Positions 43,101 to 51,751 of a stretch of 64,000 bases of DNA are shown piece after piece. Under the pieces are notes generated by a model, which saw only the letters and a list, made by a program, of their open reading frames with translations, was not told the origin of the DNA and searched no databases. A program made the translations under genes and the position numbers. The DNA comes from an uncultured bacterium (GTDB taxonomy: Bacteria > Verrucomicrobiota > Verrucomicrobiia > Limisphaerales > UBA8199), in contig CAVVMW010000019.1 in NCBI GenBank assembly GCA_963749495.1, forward strand, positions 32,001 through 96,000. The letters are read 5' to 3'. Position 1 is the stretch's first letter; every line of letters begins with the position of its first letter.

Positions 43101-43758
43101 TGAGCGCCGTGCCGTAGGTGATGTCTGCCGGCTGGGGCCAAGTCAGCGTCGGGAGGCTGGTGCCGGTGATTTGCAGTCCCCAATCGGTGAGACTGTTCGT
43201 GCCGCCCGGTGCGAGGTCGGCCACGAAGAGCGTCCAATCGCCGGCGGCGTTCTGGCCGTTGAAGCTGGCGAGCGAGGTCGTGCGCGGGGAGGTGTCCAGG
43301 ACGCTGTCCGGGTCCAGGTTGCGGTCGTCAGGCGCCCAGACGCCGCTCAGCCCCGTCCCGGCCGGAAGATTGGTGACCGCCTGGTAGGTGTGGATGTCGG
43401 GCGCCCCATCGGCGAGAACCACATTCATGCCGGGGTCGGCATAGCCTGCCGAGTTGGATGCCGTGCGGCCGACCCGGTTGAGGAGCACGCAGAAGTTGGT
43501 GACGCCGCCCTGGATATGGCGCAGATAGCCGTAGAGATCCCCGTTGAACTGTCCGCTGATGTGCAGCGTCACGCGCAAGGAGGTGATATTCGTGATGGCG
43601 GAAGTGACCGTCTGGATATTGTGCAGCCCCGAGGCGTCGCCATCCGGGATGCTCAGGTTGAGACCGCTGAAAGAGTGGGTCTCCTGAACCTGCGCCTGGA
43701 CTTGCCCACGGAGCGGCGCCAGCAACAGCATGACAGGCAATAGGGCGGCTGCTCTCAT
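37117..43758 (-). CDS. Giant adhesin-like protein: P-domain-like head, about 20 MBG repeats, Ig-like and cadherin-like domains, C-terminal RYYR module
   Basis: Signal MRAAALLPVMLLL; SIPDG..GDWTLFVAD..WGLQI; 83-aa repeats; AEYAGDGNF; DADGDP..DSFTYTISDG; ends FRYYRSVYP. Confidence 0.9.
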   Translation of the reverse strand: MRAAALLPVMLLLAPLRGQVQAQVQETHSFSGLNLSIPDGDASGLHNIQTVTSAITNITSLRVTLHISGQFNGDLYGYLRHIQGGVTNFCVLLNRVGRTASNSAGYADPGMNVVLADGAPDIHTYQAVTNLPAGTGLSGVWAPDDRNLDPDSVLDTSPRTTSLASFNGQNAAGDWTLFVADLAPGGTNSLTDWGLQITGTSLPTLTWPQPADITYGTALSSSQLSATATFNSTNVSGTFTYTPPLGTVLSAGAAQTLSVTFTPVDTTSFLPAATSVSINVNPALLTITANSGSKTYGAANPSFSYTPSGFVNGDTSSVLSGSPSLTTTATTASGVGTYAITAAAGTLSAANYTFSFVPGTLTVNAATVTITANAASKTYGVANPTFSYTPSGFVNGDTSSVLTGNPSLTTTATTASGVGTYAITAAAGTLSAANYTFSFVPGTLTVNAATLTITANAASKTYGAANPSFSYTPSGFVNGDTSSVLSGSPSLTTTATTASGVGTYAITAAAGSLSAANYTFSFVPGTLTVNAATLTITANAAGKTYGAANPSFGYTPSGFFNGDTSSVLSGSPSLTTTATTASGVGTYAITAAAGSLSAANYTFSFVNGTLTVNKATLTITANAASKTYGAANPSFSYTPSGFVNGDTSSVLTGSPSLTTTATTASGVGTYAITAAAGTLSAANYTFSFIPGTLTVNAATLTITANAASKTYGAANPSFGYTPSGFVNGDTSSVLTGSPSLTTTATTSSGVGTYAITAAAGTLSAANYTFSFIPGTLTVNAATLTITANAASKSYGTANPSFGYTPSGFVNGDTSSVLSGSPSLTTTATTSSGVGTYAITAATGSLSAANYTFSFVNGTLTVNKATLTITANAASKTYGAANPSFGYTPSGFVNGDTSSVLSGSPSLTTTATTASGVGTYAITAAAGTLSAANYTFSFVPGTLTVNAATLTITANAASKTYGAANPSFGYTPSGFVNGDTSSVLTGSPSLTTTATTSSGVGTYAITAAAGSLSAANYTFSFVPGTLTVNAATLTITANAASKTYGAANPSFGYTPSGFVNGDTSSVLTGSPSLTTTATTASGVGTYAITAATGSLGAANYTFSFVNGTLTVNKATLTITANAASKTYGAANPSFSYTPSGFVNGDTSSVLTGSPSLTTTATTASGVGTYAITAALGSLTAANYTFSFVNGTLTVNKATLTITANAASKTYGAANPTFSYTPSGFVNGDTSSVLSGSPSLTTTATTASGVGTYAITAALGSLTAANYTFSFVPGTLTVNAATLTITANAASKTYGAANPTFSYTPSGFVNGDTSSVLSGSPSLTTTATTASGVGTYAITAALGSLTAANYTFSFVNGTLTVNKATLTITANAASKTYGAANPTFGYTPSGFVNGDTSSVLSGSPSLTTTATTASGVGTYAITAAAGSLTAANYTFSFVNGTLTVNAATLTITANAASKTYGAANPTFSYTPSGFVNGDTSSVLSGSPSLTTTATTASGVGTYAITAAAGSLTAANYTFSFVNGTLTVNAATLTITANAAGKTYGAANPSFSYTPSGFVNGDTSSVLSGSPSLTTTATTASGVGTYAITAAAGSLSAANYTFSFVNGTLTVNKATLTITANAASKTYGAANPSFSYTPSGFVNGDTSSVLSGSPSLTTTATTASGVGTYAITAAAGSLTAANYTFSFVNGTLTVNAATLTITANAASKTYGAANPTFSYTPSGFVNGDTSSVLSGSPSLTTTATTSSGVGTYAITAAAGSLTAANYTFSFVPGTLTVNAATLTITANAAGKTYGAANPSFSYTPSGFVNGDTSSVLSGSPSLTTTATTASGVGTYAITAAAGSLSAANYTFSFVNGTLTVNKAVLTVTASNATRVYGQANPAFTASYSGFQNGETLPTSGVTGSPSLTTTATAASPVPGPYPITAAAGTLAAANYSFSFANGQLTLAKATTVAALNSSSNPALPGTPVIFTNSLGVVAPGGGTPTGTVNFRIDGSIAGSSTLSGAVATYTNSTLAHGTHTVVAEYAGDGNFLGATNQLSSSQVINTPPVAGAETILRPPTEGAKIPIASLLGIATDADGDPITFLSASATSANGGTLSVDSNWIIYTPAPGSTNADSFTYTISDGYATVTGTVNVNVNANTSLSVNLTIVSLGNGSFAINGNGIPYRTYHIQFSGNLQHSNWQTVGSATADSFGSFQFIDTPGTGTSFRYYRSVYP
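38180..42910 (-). repeat. 19 near-identical 249-bp tandem repeats
   Basis: The motif gcataagtg recurs every 249 bp from 38261 to 42743. Confidence 0.95.
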
Positions 43759-43771
43759 AAAGTCCCTTTGG

Positions 43772-45652
43772 TTATGGATACACGGAACGATACTGGCGTT
43801 GGGGGTTTCCCGCTGTGTCGAGGAACTGAATGACACCGGACCCATCGGCGGTCGCCGTGCCAAGGGTCTGCCAGTCCGTGCTCGGCAGGGTGTCGGTATA
43901 TTGAATGCTGTAGGTCCGCCCGGGAATGCCGTCCCCGCTGATAGCATACGAACTGTTGCCCAGGTCGGCACTGGCCAGATTCAGCGATGGGCTGCTAACC
44001 GCCCGGACGGACACGGTCACCGAGCCGCCCGCCGTCGCGTAGCCGTCGCTGATCGTATAGGCAAACGAGTCTGCATTGGTGGACCCGGAAGCCGACGTGT
44101 AGAAGAGCCAGCCGTTGTTGCTGACCACGGTGCCGCCATTGGCGCTGGTGGCGCTCGCGTTGAGGAAGGTGATGGGGTCGCCGTCGGCATCGGTGGCAAT
44201 GCCCAGCAACGACGCGATGGGGATTTTCGCGCCTTCGGTTGGGGGTCGCAGGATGGTTTCCGCGCCCGCAACCGGCGGCGTGTTGATCACCTGGCTTGAC
44301 GACAATTGGTTGGTGGCGCCGAGGAAGTTGCCATCTCCGCCATACTCGGCCACGACGGTGTGGGTGCCGTGCGCCAGTGTGCTGTTTGTGTACGTCGCGG
44401 CAGTGCCGGACAAGGTGCCGGAGCCGGCGATGCTGCCATCGATGCGGAAGTTCACCGTGCCGGTCGGCGTGCCCCCACCGGGAGCCACCACGCCCAGACT
44501 GTTGGTGAAGACAACCGGCGTGCCAGGCAGGGCCGGGTTGGAGGATGAATTGAGCGTCGCAGCCGTCGTGGCCTTCGCCAGAGTGAGTTGACCATTAGCG
44601 AAGCTGAAACTGTAATTGGCTGCGGCCAATGTGCCTGCCGCAGCCGTGATCGGATAGGGGCCGGGAACAGGGCTGGTCGCCGTCGCCGTGGCCGTCAAAC
44701 TCGGACTGCCCGTCACCCCGCTGGTGGGCAGCGTTTCGCCATTCTGGAACCCGGAATAACTGGCGGTGAATGCCGGATTCGCCGCGCCATAGACGCGGGC
44801 GGCATTGCCCGCCGTGACCGTCAGCGCGGCGGGGGAAATGGTGAGCGTGCCGTTGGTGGCGCTGACGGTGTAGTTGGCCAGCTTGTTGGCCGGGTCGGCC
44901 AGGGCCGGCACGATGCTGTAGGGGCCCACGGGGCTGGCTGGGGTTGCGGCCGTGGAGAAGGTGGCGGTGATGGCGTCCCCGTTCTGGAGGCCGGTGAGCG
45001 TGCCGGTCAGGGGCGGGTTTGCGGCGCCATAAGTCCGGCTTTGGGTGGCTGCCGTGACGCTCAACGGGGCTGGGGTGACGGTGAGGGTGCCGTTGTTGGT
45101 GCTCACGCTGTAGTTGCCCAGCTTGTTGCCCGGGTCCACGAGGGCGACCGTAATCGCGTAATTGCCCACCGTGCTGGTGGCATTGGCGGTGGTGCTGTAG
45201 GTGGCGGTGATGTTGTCGCCGCTCTGCACCCCGCTCAGGGTGCCGGTCAGGACCGGGTTCGCCGCCCCATAGGGCCTGCTGGCGCTCTGCGCAGTCACCG
45301 TCAGCCCCGGCCTGACGTAGTAAGGGACTTCATTCGAGAAGTCGCTTTCCAGCCCCAGGTTGTCGGATGCCGTGGCAGCGAAAAAGTAAGTGGCCCCGGC
45401 GACCAGGCCGGTGATGCTCGCATTGGTCACGGCGCCGACGGTGACCTTGTTGGTATAGGTTTGGCTGGCCACCCCATAATAGAGGTTATAGGCCACGACA
45501 TTCGCGTCGGTACTCGGGTCCCATGCGAGCGTGACGCTGGCGGTTGATCCATCGGCAGCGGCGGCCCAACCGAGGGCCGCAACGGCGATGGAGGCGACAA
45601 TCAGGTCCCGAGCCAATTGCCTCGGCACCTTCAACAGACTTGCCTTTTCCAC
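43772..45652 (-). CDS. Secreted FN3 + MBG + Ig-like + cadherin-like protein with C-terminal RQYR module
   Basis: GTG start paralogous to that at 37064; N-terminus resembles 35262-37064, C-terminal half nearly identical to about 37380-38150. Confidence 0.88.
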   Translation of the reverse strand: MEKASLLKVPRQLARDLIVASIAVAALGWAAAADGSTASVTLAWDPSTDANVVAYNLYYGVASQTYTNKVTVGAVTNASITGLVAGATYFFAATASDNLGLESDFSNEVPYYVRPGLTVTAQSASRPYGAANPVLTGTLSGVQSGDNITATYSTTANATSTVGNYAITVALVDPGNKLGNYSVSTNNGTLTVTPAPLSVTAATQSRTYGAANPPLTGTLTGLQNGDAITATFSTAATPASPVGPYSIVPALADPANKLANYTVSATNGTLTISPAALTVTAGNAARVYGAANPAFTASYSGFQNGETLPTSGVTGSPSLTATATATSPVPGPYPITAAAGTLAAANYSFSFANGQLTLAKATTAATLNSSSNPALPGTPVVFTNSLGVVAPGGGTPTGTVNFRIDGSIAGSGTLSGTAATYTNSTLAHGTHTVVAEYGGDGNFLGATNQLSSSQVINTPPVAGAETILRPPTEGAKIPIASLLGIATDADGDPITFLNASATSANGGTVVSNNGWLFYTSASGSTNADSFAYTISDGYATAGGSVTVSVRAVSSPSLNLASADLGNSSYAISGDGIPGRTYSIQYTDTLPSTDWQTLGTATADGSGVIQFLDTAGNPQRQYRSVYP

Positions 45653-46035
45653 AAGGTGCCCGAGATGCATAACGCTTGCCACCATTACGGGCCAAAGGCA
45701 AGGAGGCGCGGCTCGGCGCGCCGGCCACACTCGAAACCGGGCTGCCGGGAGGCCAATCCCCGCCCGCACGCCTTGTTTTTCGCGCCTCCTGAGGGGCGCG
45801 CGCACTTTGTCACCGGCTGGCAGCCCGCTTTGGTTTTAACCCAGGCAGGTCGAGATCGATGGCTGAAAGTGGGCCACAATAAATCAATCGGCGGCCACTT
45901 TCTGGACAGCCGCCGCGAGCGCATCGGCGGCGAGGATGACCGGCGGGCGCGGCGGCCCCCGTCCCGGGCGGTGTCCAATCGGTGCCCGCACCTGTCCTAA
46001 ACCTGAATTGGATAGCCTGTAACTTCGTGGTATAG

Positions 46036-46467
46036 TTGTGCATTACAACGAAGAAGAGAGGACAGAACAAGGCGGAGAAGCCGCCCAGGCAGACCGCACA
46101 GACGGTTCTGCTCGTCAATGATGTGGACGGGAGCCGCATCATCGCGAAGTGGTTCCTCGAGAACTTCGGGTATGCGGTCGAGTCCATGCGGTCTGCAGAA
46201 GATGCCCTCGCGCTGTTCGACCCCACACTCCACGTTGCGGTGGTCACCGACAACACCATGCCGTGCATGAGCGGTGTGGAGATGGCCCAAATCATAAAGC
46301 TGCGATCTCCACGCACGCCGGTCATCATGTACACCGGCCATCCCCCCGAAGATCGCTCGTGCGTGGATGTCCTCATTCAAAAACCGGCCCACTTGTTCCT
46401 GCTCAAAGAGGCACTGGAGAATGTCTTCTCCGTCGTCAAAGGCACTCTGCAGCAGCCTCCCGGGTGA
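46036..46467 (+). CDS. Stand-alone response regulator receiver protein
   Basis: VLLVND..VVTDNTMPCMSG..PVIMYTG..IQKP; start uncertain. Confidence 0.85.
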   Translation: MCITTKKRGQNKAEKPPRQTAQTVLLVNDVDGSRIIAKWFLENFGYAVESMRSAEDALALFDPTLHVAVVTDNTMPCMSGVEMAQIIKLRSPRTPVIMYTGHPPEDRSCVDVLIQKPAHLFLLKEALENVFSVVKGTLQQPPG

Positions 46468-47601
46468 CACCGACACGCCCCAACGTCTCCGGTTGTGGAA
46501 CCTGTTTTGCGATCCTATGTCATCCGCATGACAGAAGGGCAACAAGATGTGGGCAATGTTGGTCGTGTCATACTGTATGCAGCGTACCAGCCAGGACTTT
46601 GGGACAAGCTTTAGTCGAGGAGGTTGTCCTGGAGTTGGAACGTAAACGCATCATGTTGGGGGTGGATGGCAGGGTTCATACCATCTGTGGTGGAAAGCAA
46701 GTTGGGTTGGCACTCGCGATCCTGTAGGAGGCATCAGCGCGCCACTTATCTACGCCGCCCGACGTAGAACCGACTCAGGAAGCGACGCACATTTGAGGCA
46801 AAAATACGCTTTGGGCAGGATGTTCGCCTGGAAGTGTGTTTGTTAGGATGAGTTGTCTGCCTTGGTTTCCGCGCGGTAAAGACCTGAGTGTGCGTCTCGA
46901 AAGTGCGAGCCACAGCGGACCGTTTCATTGTCGGAGAGAATACGGCATTGTGGATCTGAGTGCTGTTGTGCAACGGCGCGCACGCGTGTGTGAGGATGCG
47001 TGCGTGGATTACTGGCAATGCTGCACAAAGGCGCAACCCCGTGCATCTGTTGGTGAGAGGTCATTGAGCTAAAGGTCGCGAGAGTTGGACCGATAAATGC
47101 GTAATGTCGAATGTCCAAAACATGAATAAACCAGTCTGGACAGTGGATAGACGCTGACAAGAGAATGACTTATTGTCTCGGCAGTCTTTAGCGTTTTGGG
47201 GTTTAGACCCCATTGGTGTCGGTAAGCGAATGACCTATTGTCACGCCCGTGCCGAGGAACTGGCAACGTGGCAAGAACTTCTGTCGCGCTTGCGGCTCTA
47301 AGGGCTGGAATAGCTTGCGAGACTGCGGCAGTGAATTGGTGTGTTATCGATGCCCTGGTCTGAGGGCATGGGTAAACGGCTACGCATTAGAATGAGAATT
47401 TTTGGATGGCAGCGCGGTAACCGCGAGGCTCGGTACGGGCATGGCCCATCGAGTCAGTTCAATCCCGTGAGAATACCGGGCGTGGTGTTTGGCCGCCACT
47501 TGCCCTGCGCACTCCCTGCGATGTGCCCGGACCGGATGACGGGGCGGCAATCGAGAGGCCGGCGGCAGATGCCGCTGGGCCCGGGAAGCTGAAGGTGCCC
47601 G

Positions 47602-48693
47602 ATGCTGGACCAGCACTATCTTTGCCTGCACCTGACTCGCCTTCGCGCCCCGGACCAGTGGGCCAGCGATGAGCGCGGTTTGTTCTTCATTTTCCCCAAG
47701 GCGGGCGCAGGGGTGTGCGCCTGTGGCGGGGCGACGCGCGCTGTGCGGCCCGGAGATGTCGTGGTGCTGGGCGCGGCGGCGGTGGGGCGGCTCTGCGCCG
47801 CGGAGAAGGGTGAGTTCGAGTTTGGTTGGTTCTCGGCCAAACTGGAGCACCTCTACCCGTTGTTCGCCGCGAGCGAGATCTGCCTGGTGCCTCCGGTCAC
47901 GGACGGGTTTAGAAGCGGCAAACTGTATCCGGCATCCAGTCCTCTGGCGGTCGAGTGCCACAAGCTGCTGGCCGATGCGCCCCCGGAGCCCAACCTGGTG
48001 CATCGCTGCCAAGTGATCAAGATCGCCGCGGCTGTGCTGTCGGTTGAGTTCAACACCGCGCGCGTTTCCCGGGCCGGCTTCGTTCGAGCGGAAGAACAGA
48101 TGACGGCGACGCTGGAAAGGCTCTCGGCCGATGAGGTCCTTAAGCTGCCCGTGACCGAGCTGGCCGGCAGGTTCAATTGCAGCCAGCGCCAGCTCAATCG
48201 GCTCTTCCATAGCCGCTTCGGCGTCTCGGTGGCCGCGTTGCGCATGGAGTTGCGCCTGTTGAGGGCCATGGCTTTGCTCCGGGACCCGACGGCCAAGGTC
48301 ATTAACGTGGCCGAACAGTGTGGCTTCAATCACTTGGGCCTGTTCAACATATGTTTCAAGCGCCGGTTCGGCGCCAGCCCGGGCAGGTGGCGCAGGACCA
48401 TTTCCGAAGCGGTCCCTCCGCCGGCCAGTCTCAATGCCGGCCAGCCGGCCTGCCGGATGCTCGAGATCGGCTTGTGCCCGTGGAAGAACGAGCCCGCCGA
48501 GTTCAAGCCAGCCAAGACCCGCATGGAGCCTCTGAGCAAGGCGCCGCGCTTTTTCAGCCAGTGTGCGCGGATAAGCCCGGTCGTTATGAACGGGCACCGC
48601 CGCAGGAACATGGTCCAGTGCGCCGCCGAGCCGGGTCCGGAACTCATGGTTGCCGCCCTGGCTGTGGAAGCCAACGCTGAGGGACTGCAGTGA
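47602..48693 (+). CDS. AraC-family transcriptional regulator
   Basis: ELA..S.RQLNRLF..FGVS; VAEQCGFNHLGLFNICFKRRFGASPGRWR. Confidence 0.9.
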   Translation: MLDQHYLCLHLTRLRAPDQWASDERGLFFIFPKAGAGVCACGGATRAVRPGDVVVLGAAAVGRLCAAEKGEFEFGWFSAKLEHLYPLFAASEICLVPPVTDGFRSGKLYPASSPLAVECHKLLADAPPEPNLVHRCQVIKIAAAVLSVEFNTARVSRAGFVRAEEQMTATLERLSADEVLKLPVTELAGRFNCSQRQLNRLFHSRFGVSVAALRMELRLLRAMALLRDPTAKVINVAEQCGFNHLGLFNICFKRRFGASPGRWRRTISEAVPPPASLNAGQPACRMLEIGLCPWKNEPAEFKPAKTRMEPLSKAPRFFSQCARISPVVMNGHRRRNMVQCAAEPGPELMVAALAVEANAEGLQ

Positions 48694-49121
48694 TGTGTTG
48701 CAGATTTTGACAACTGGTTGGATATGGCGTATAAGGACAAGACGCCAACCATGAGGGACTGCGGTGATGCGTTGCGGGCTCAACCCGGGCCTCCAAAGGC
48801 CGGTCGTGATTTCCCAGTGTGCCTTGGCCGCTGTTGTTTTTTGGGTTGGGTATTGGTTCTGCTGGCATCAGAACCACAAAATGCGGATTTAGCAGCGCCG
48901 ACATAAGCCACGCCTGAAGCCGTGGAGCGTGGCAGGCATGTCGGCCGCGATAGCCTGCCGTGGACTCCGGTGATGCGTGATGAGAGAGTCCGAGTTGGCA
49001 AAGGGATGGAAAATGTGCAAGTGCGGAGCCATGTACCGATTTGGGCCTGGATCTTGCTTTCCAGGTGAGGGCTCTGGCGGCGTGGGGACCATGCAGCAAC
49101 AATCAAAACCGCGGTTCGGCT

Positions 49122-49670
49122 ATGTATATTGATAATCCGACATGGTATTGTGCGCGGACCAAGCCCAAGCACGAGCACATTGCTGCCAAGAGCCTGGCCA
49201 GGCAGCGTGGCTTAGAGGTGTTCCATCCGCGGCTGAGAATGGAGCGGGCAACACGGCGGGGAGTGGTGCGGGTCATTGAGCCGCTCTTTCCCTGCTATGT
49301 GTTCGTGCGCTGCCCGAGTTCGGAGAACCTGGAAGAGGTGCGCTACGCGACGGGCATCAGCAGCCTGGTGCAATTTGGACAGAGGGCCGCCACAGTCCCG
49401 GAGGAGGTTATCGCGGAGTTGAAGCTGTGCTTCGAGGCGGGAGAACCGATGCCAGTCGAGGATCGCCTGGAGGCCGGCACCGAGGTGATCGTGGGGGTGG
49501 GTCCGTTTCAGGGGTTTCGGGCGACCGTCGTGCGGTCGATGCCGGCGAGGCAGCGCGTCCAGGTCCTGCTGGACTTCCTGGGGCGAACGACCTTGACGGA
49601 GGTGGACCGGGGATCGCTGATTGTGGAAGACCGAAGCCTGGCGCGCCTGCTGCCGTTGCTGGCAATTTAA
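49122..49670 (+). CDS. NusG-paralog antiterminator (RfaH/UpxY-like)
   Basis: WYCARTKPKHE..PLFPCYVFV..LVQFG; KOW GPFQGF..RVQVLLDFLG; heads a polysaccharide locus. Confidence 0.9.
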   Translation: MYIDNPTWYCARTKPKHEHIAAKSLARQRGLEVFHPRLRMERATRRGVVRVIEPLFPCYVFVRCPSSENLEEVRYATGISSLVQFGQRAATVPEEVIAELKLCFEAGEPMPVEDRLEAGTEVIVGVGPFQGFRATVVRSMPARQRVQVLLDFLGRTTLTEVDRGSLIVEDRSLARLLPLLAI

Positions 49671-49705
49671 GTCGAGCGCGCGCCGGCAGGGCGGCAATAC
49701 AAGGC

Positions 49706-50476
49706 ATGGCTTCGAACGCGTCTGTGAGCAGGGAGTATCCTGAACGGGAAGGTGTGCGGGGTCATTGTGGTGTGAGGGCCCTAGGTTGCATTCCGAGCTG
49801 GAAGCGGGTGCTGGACGTGTCGTGCATCGTGGCAGCGACGCCCTTATTGCTTCCATTGGGTATGCTGATTGGGCTGATGATCAAGGCGGTTTCGCGCGGG
49901 CCGGCCCTTTTCAAGCAAGTCCGCGTCGGCTACCAGGGCCGGCATTTCACCTGTTTCAAGTTCCGCACCATGAAAGTGGGCGCGGATAGCCGCCTCCACC
50001 GGACGCACCTCGAGCGGTTGATGGACTCGGACAAGCCGATGGAGAAACTGGACAAAGGGGGCGACCCGCGCCTCATCCCGTGCGGGGCGGCGCTCCGGTC
50101 GCTCGGTCTGGACGAACTGCCGCAGTTGCTCAATGTGTTGCGCGGGGAGATGAGCCTGGTGGGGCCGCGGCCCTGCATGGCCTATGAGTGCCGGAAGTAC
50201 AAGCCCAGGCACTGGCAGCGGTTCGAGGCGCTGCCGGGGCTGACCGGGTTCTGGCAGGTCAACGGCAAGAATCGAACCAGCTTCGAGGAGATGATCGATT
50301 TGGACCTCTACTATGTGCGGCACCAGTCCCTGCTGCTGGACCTGAGCATCCTCGCGCGAACGCTCCCGGCTATCCTTTCCCAAGTGTTGGACCACCGCCG
50401 CCGACGGGAACCGCGGGGACGCACACCGATGATCCGGCGGCCGAGCGTGAGCCGGCCTGTCGACGGGCAGTCTTGA
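49706..50476 (+). CDS. Priming sugar (phosphoglycosyl) transferase
   Basis: KRVLD, FKFRTM, DPR, LDELPQL, GEMSLVGPRP, PGLTGFWQV. Confidence 0.93.
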   Translation: MASNASVSREYPEREGVRGHCGVRALGCIPSWKRVLDVSCIVAATPLLLPLGMLIGLMIKAVSRGPALFKQVRVGYQGRHFTCFKFRTMKVGADSRLHRTHLERLMDSDKPMEKLDKGGDPRLIPCGAALRSLGLDELPQLLNVLRGEMSLVGPRPCMAYECRKYKPRHWQRFEALPGLTGFWQVNGKNRTSFEEMIDLDLYYVRHQSLLLDLSILARTLPAILSQVLDHRRRREPRGRTPMIRRPSVSRPVDGQS

Positions 50477-50536
50477 AAAAGGAACGATGCACGGAGTTTT
50501 GGAAACGCGGCAGTCTGTAAACCGACGGAGATAATT

Positions 50537-51739
50537 ATGGCAAAATCGATTCGAATCGGGGTTGTGGGTTGCGGGTACTGGGGACCGAACCTGGTGCGCA
50601 ATTTCAGGACGCTCCCTGACTGCAACCTCAAGGTGATGTGCGACATCAACGAAGAACGGCTCAAGCATCTGACGTCCCTGTATCCCGACGTCGAGGCCCT
50701 GACCGATTTCCAGCGCGTGGTCAACCGGCCTGACCTGGACGCCATCGTCATCGCCACGGCCGTCAGGTTCCACTACTCGATGGCCAAGGCAAGCCTTCTG
50801 GCCGGCAAGCACACCATGATTGAAAAGCCGATGGCCGCTTCGTCGGGGCAATGCGAGGAGCTGATCGAGATTGCCAGGAAGAAGGGCTTGGTGCTCATGG
50901 TAGGCCACACCTTCCTGTTTTCACCGGCGGTGAGGCGAATCAAGGAGATCGTCGACTGGGGCGACATCGGGGACATCCGCTACCTGGCCGCGCGGCGTCT
51001 GAATTTGGGGCTATATCAGAAGGACATCAACGTGGCCTGGGATTTAGCCCCGCACGATCTGTCCATCATCCTGTATGTGATGAACGAGATGCCGGAGGCG
51101 GTCAATTGCCGCGGCAGCGCGCTGGTCAGCCCGGGCGTGGAGGACGTGACGCTGATGCACCTCTCCTTCTCGAGGAACCGTTCGGCCTTCGTGCACAGCA
51201 GCTGGCTCGACCCCAAGAAGACCCGGGAGATGACGATTGTGGGCAGCAAGCGGATGATCGTGTATAACGATGTCGAGCCGCTGGAGAAGATCCACATCTT
51301 CGACGCGCGCGTTGAGACACCGCCTCATTACGACACGTTCGCCGAGTTTCAATACGCCTATCATTACGGCGATATGTACGCCCCGCACATCAAGCAGGAG
51401 GAACCGCTTCGGCTGGAATGCCAGCACTTCATCGAGTGCATCCGGACCGGCTCCACACCGCTCACCAGCGGGGCGCGCGGACTGGAGGTCGTCAGGATTC
51501 TCGAAGCCAGTTCGGCCTCGTTGAAACAGGGCGGCAACCCGGTTCATCTGGCCAATGATGCCCTCTTCCCGGGCATGGGGCCCAATGGGGGCAACGGGGA
51601 CGGAATCAGGCGGGGCAGGGCCAGGGCAAGCGGGAACAACGGCCACGGCCACGGCAACGGCAAAGGCAAAGGCAACGGCAAAGGCAAAGGCAAGACAGGC
51701 ATGTCACAGCGGCGGCATGCCAACATGGTCAATTCCTGA
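50537..51739 (+). CDS. Gfo/Idh/MocA NDP-sugar dehydrogenase (WbpB/WlbA-like)
   Basis: VVGCGYWG, IEKP, WDLAPHD; Gly/Asn/Lys low-complexity tail. Confidence 0.88.
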   Translation: MAKSIRIGVVGCGYWGPNLVRNFRTLPDCNLKVMCDINEERLKHLTSLYPDVEALTDFQRVVNRPDLDAIVIATAVRFHYSMAKASLLAGKHTMIEKPMAASSGQCEELIEIARKKGLVLMVGHTFLFSPAVRRIKEIVDWGDIGDIRYLAARRLNLGLYQKDINVAWDLAPHDLSIILYVMNEMPEAVNCRGSALVSPGVEDVTLMHLSFSRNRSAFVHSSWLDPKKTREMTIVGSKRMIVYNDVEPLEKIHIFDARVETPPHYDTFAEFQYAYHYGDMYAPHIKQEEPLRLECQHFIECIRTGSTPLTSGARGLEVVRILEASSASLKQGGNPVHLANDALFPGMGPNGGNGDGIRRGRARASGNNGHGHGNGKGKGNGKGKGKTGMSQRRHANMVNS

Positions 51740-51751
51740 TCCCGGCCGGAC

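Noticed and set aside
37939..43743. 1934-aa plus-strand ORF and 959-aa alternative-frame ORF
   Set aside because: Shadow frames of the 249-bp repeat adhesin; one stop-free unit propagates through the array
48694..49121. RfaH ops element
   Set aside because: No GGCGGTAG match found by eye
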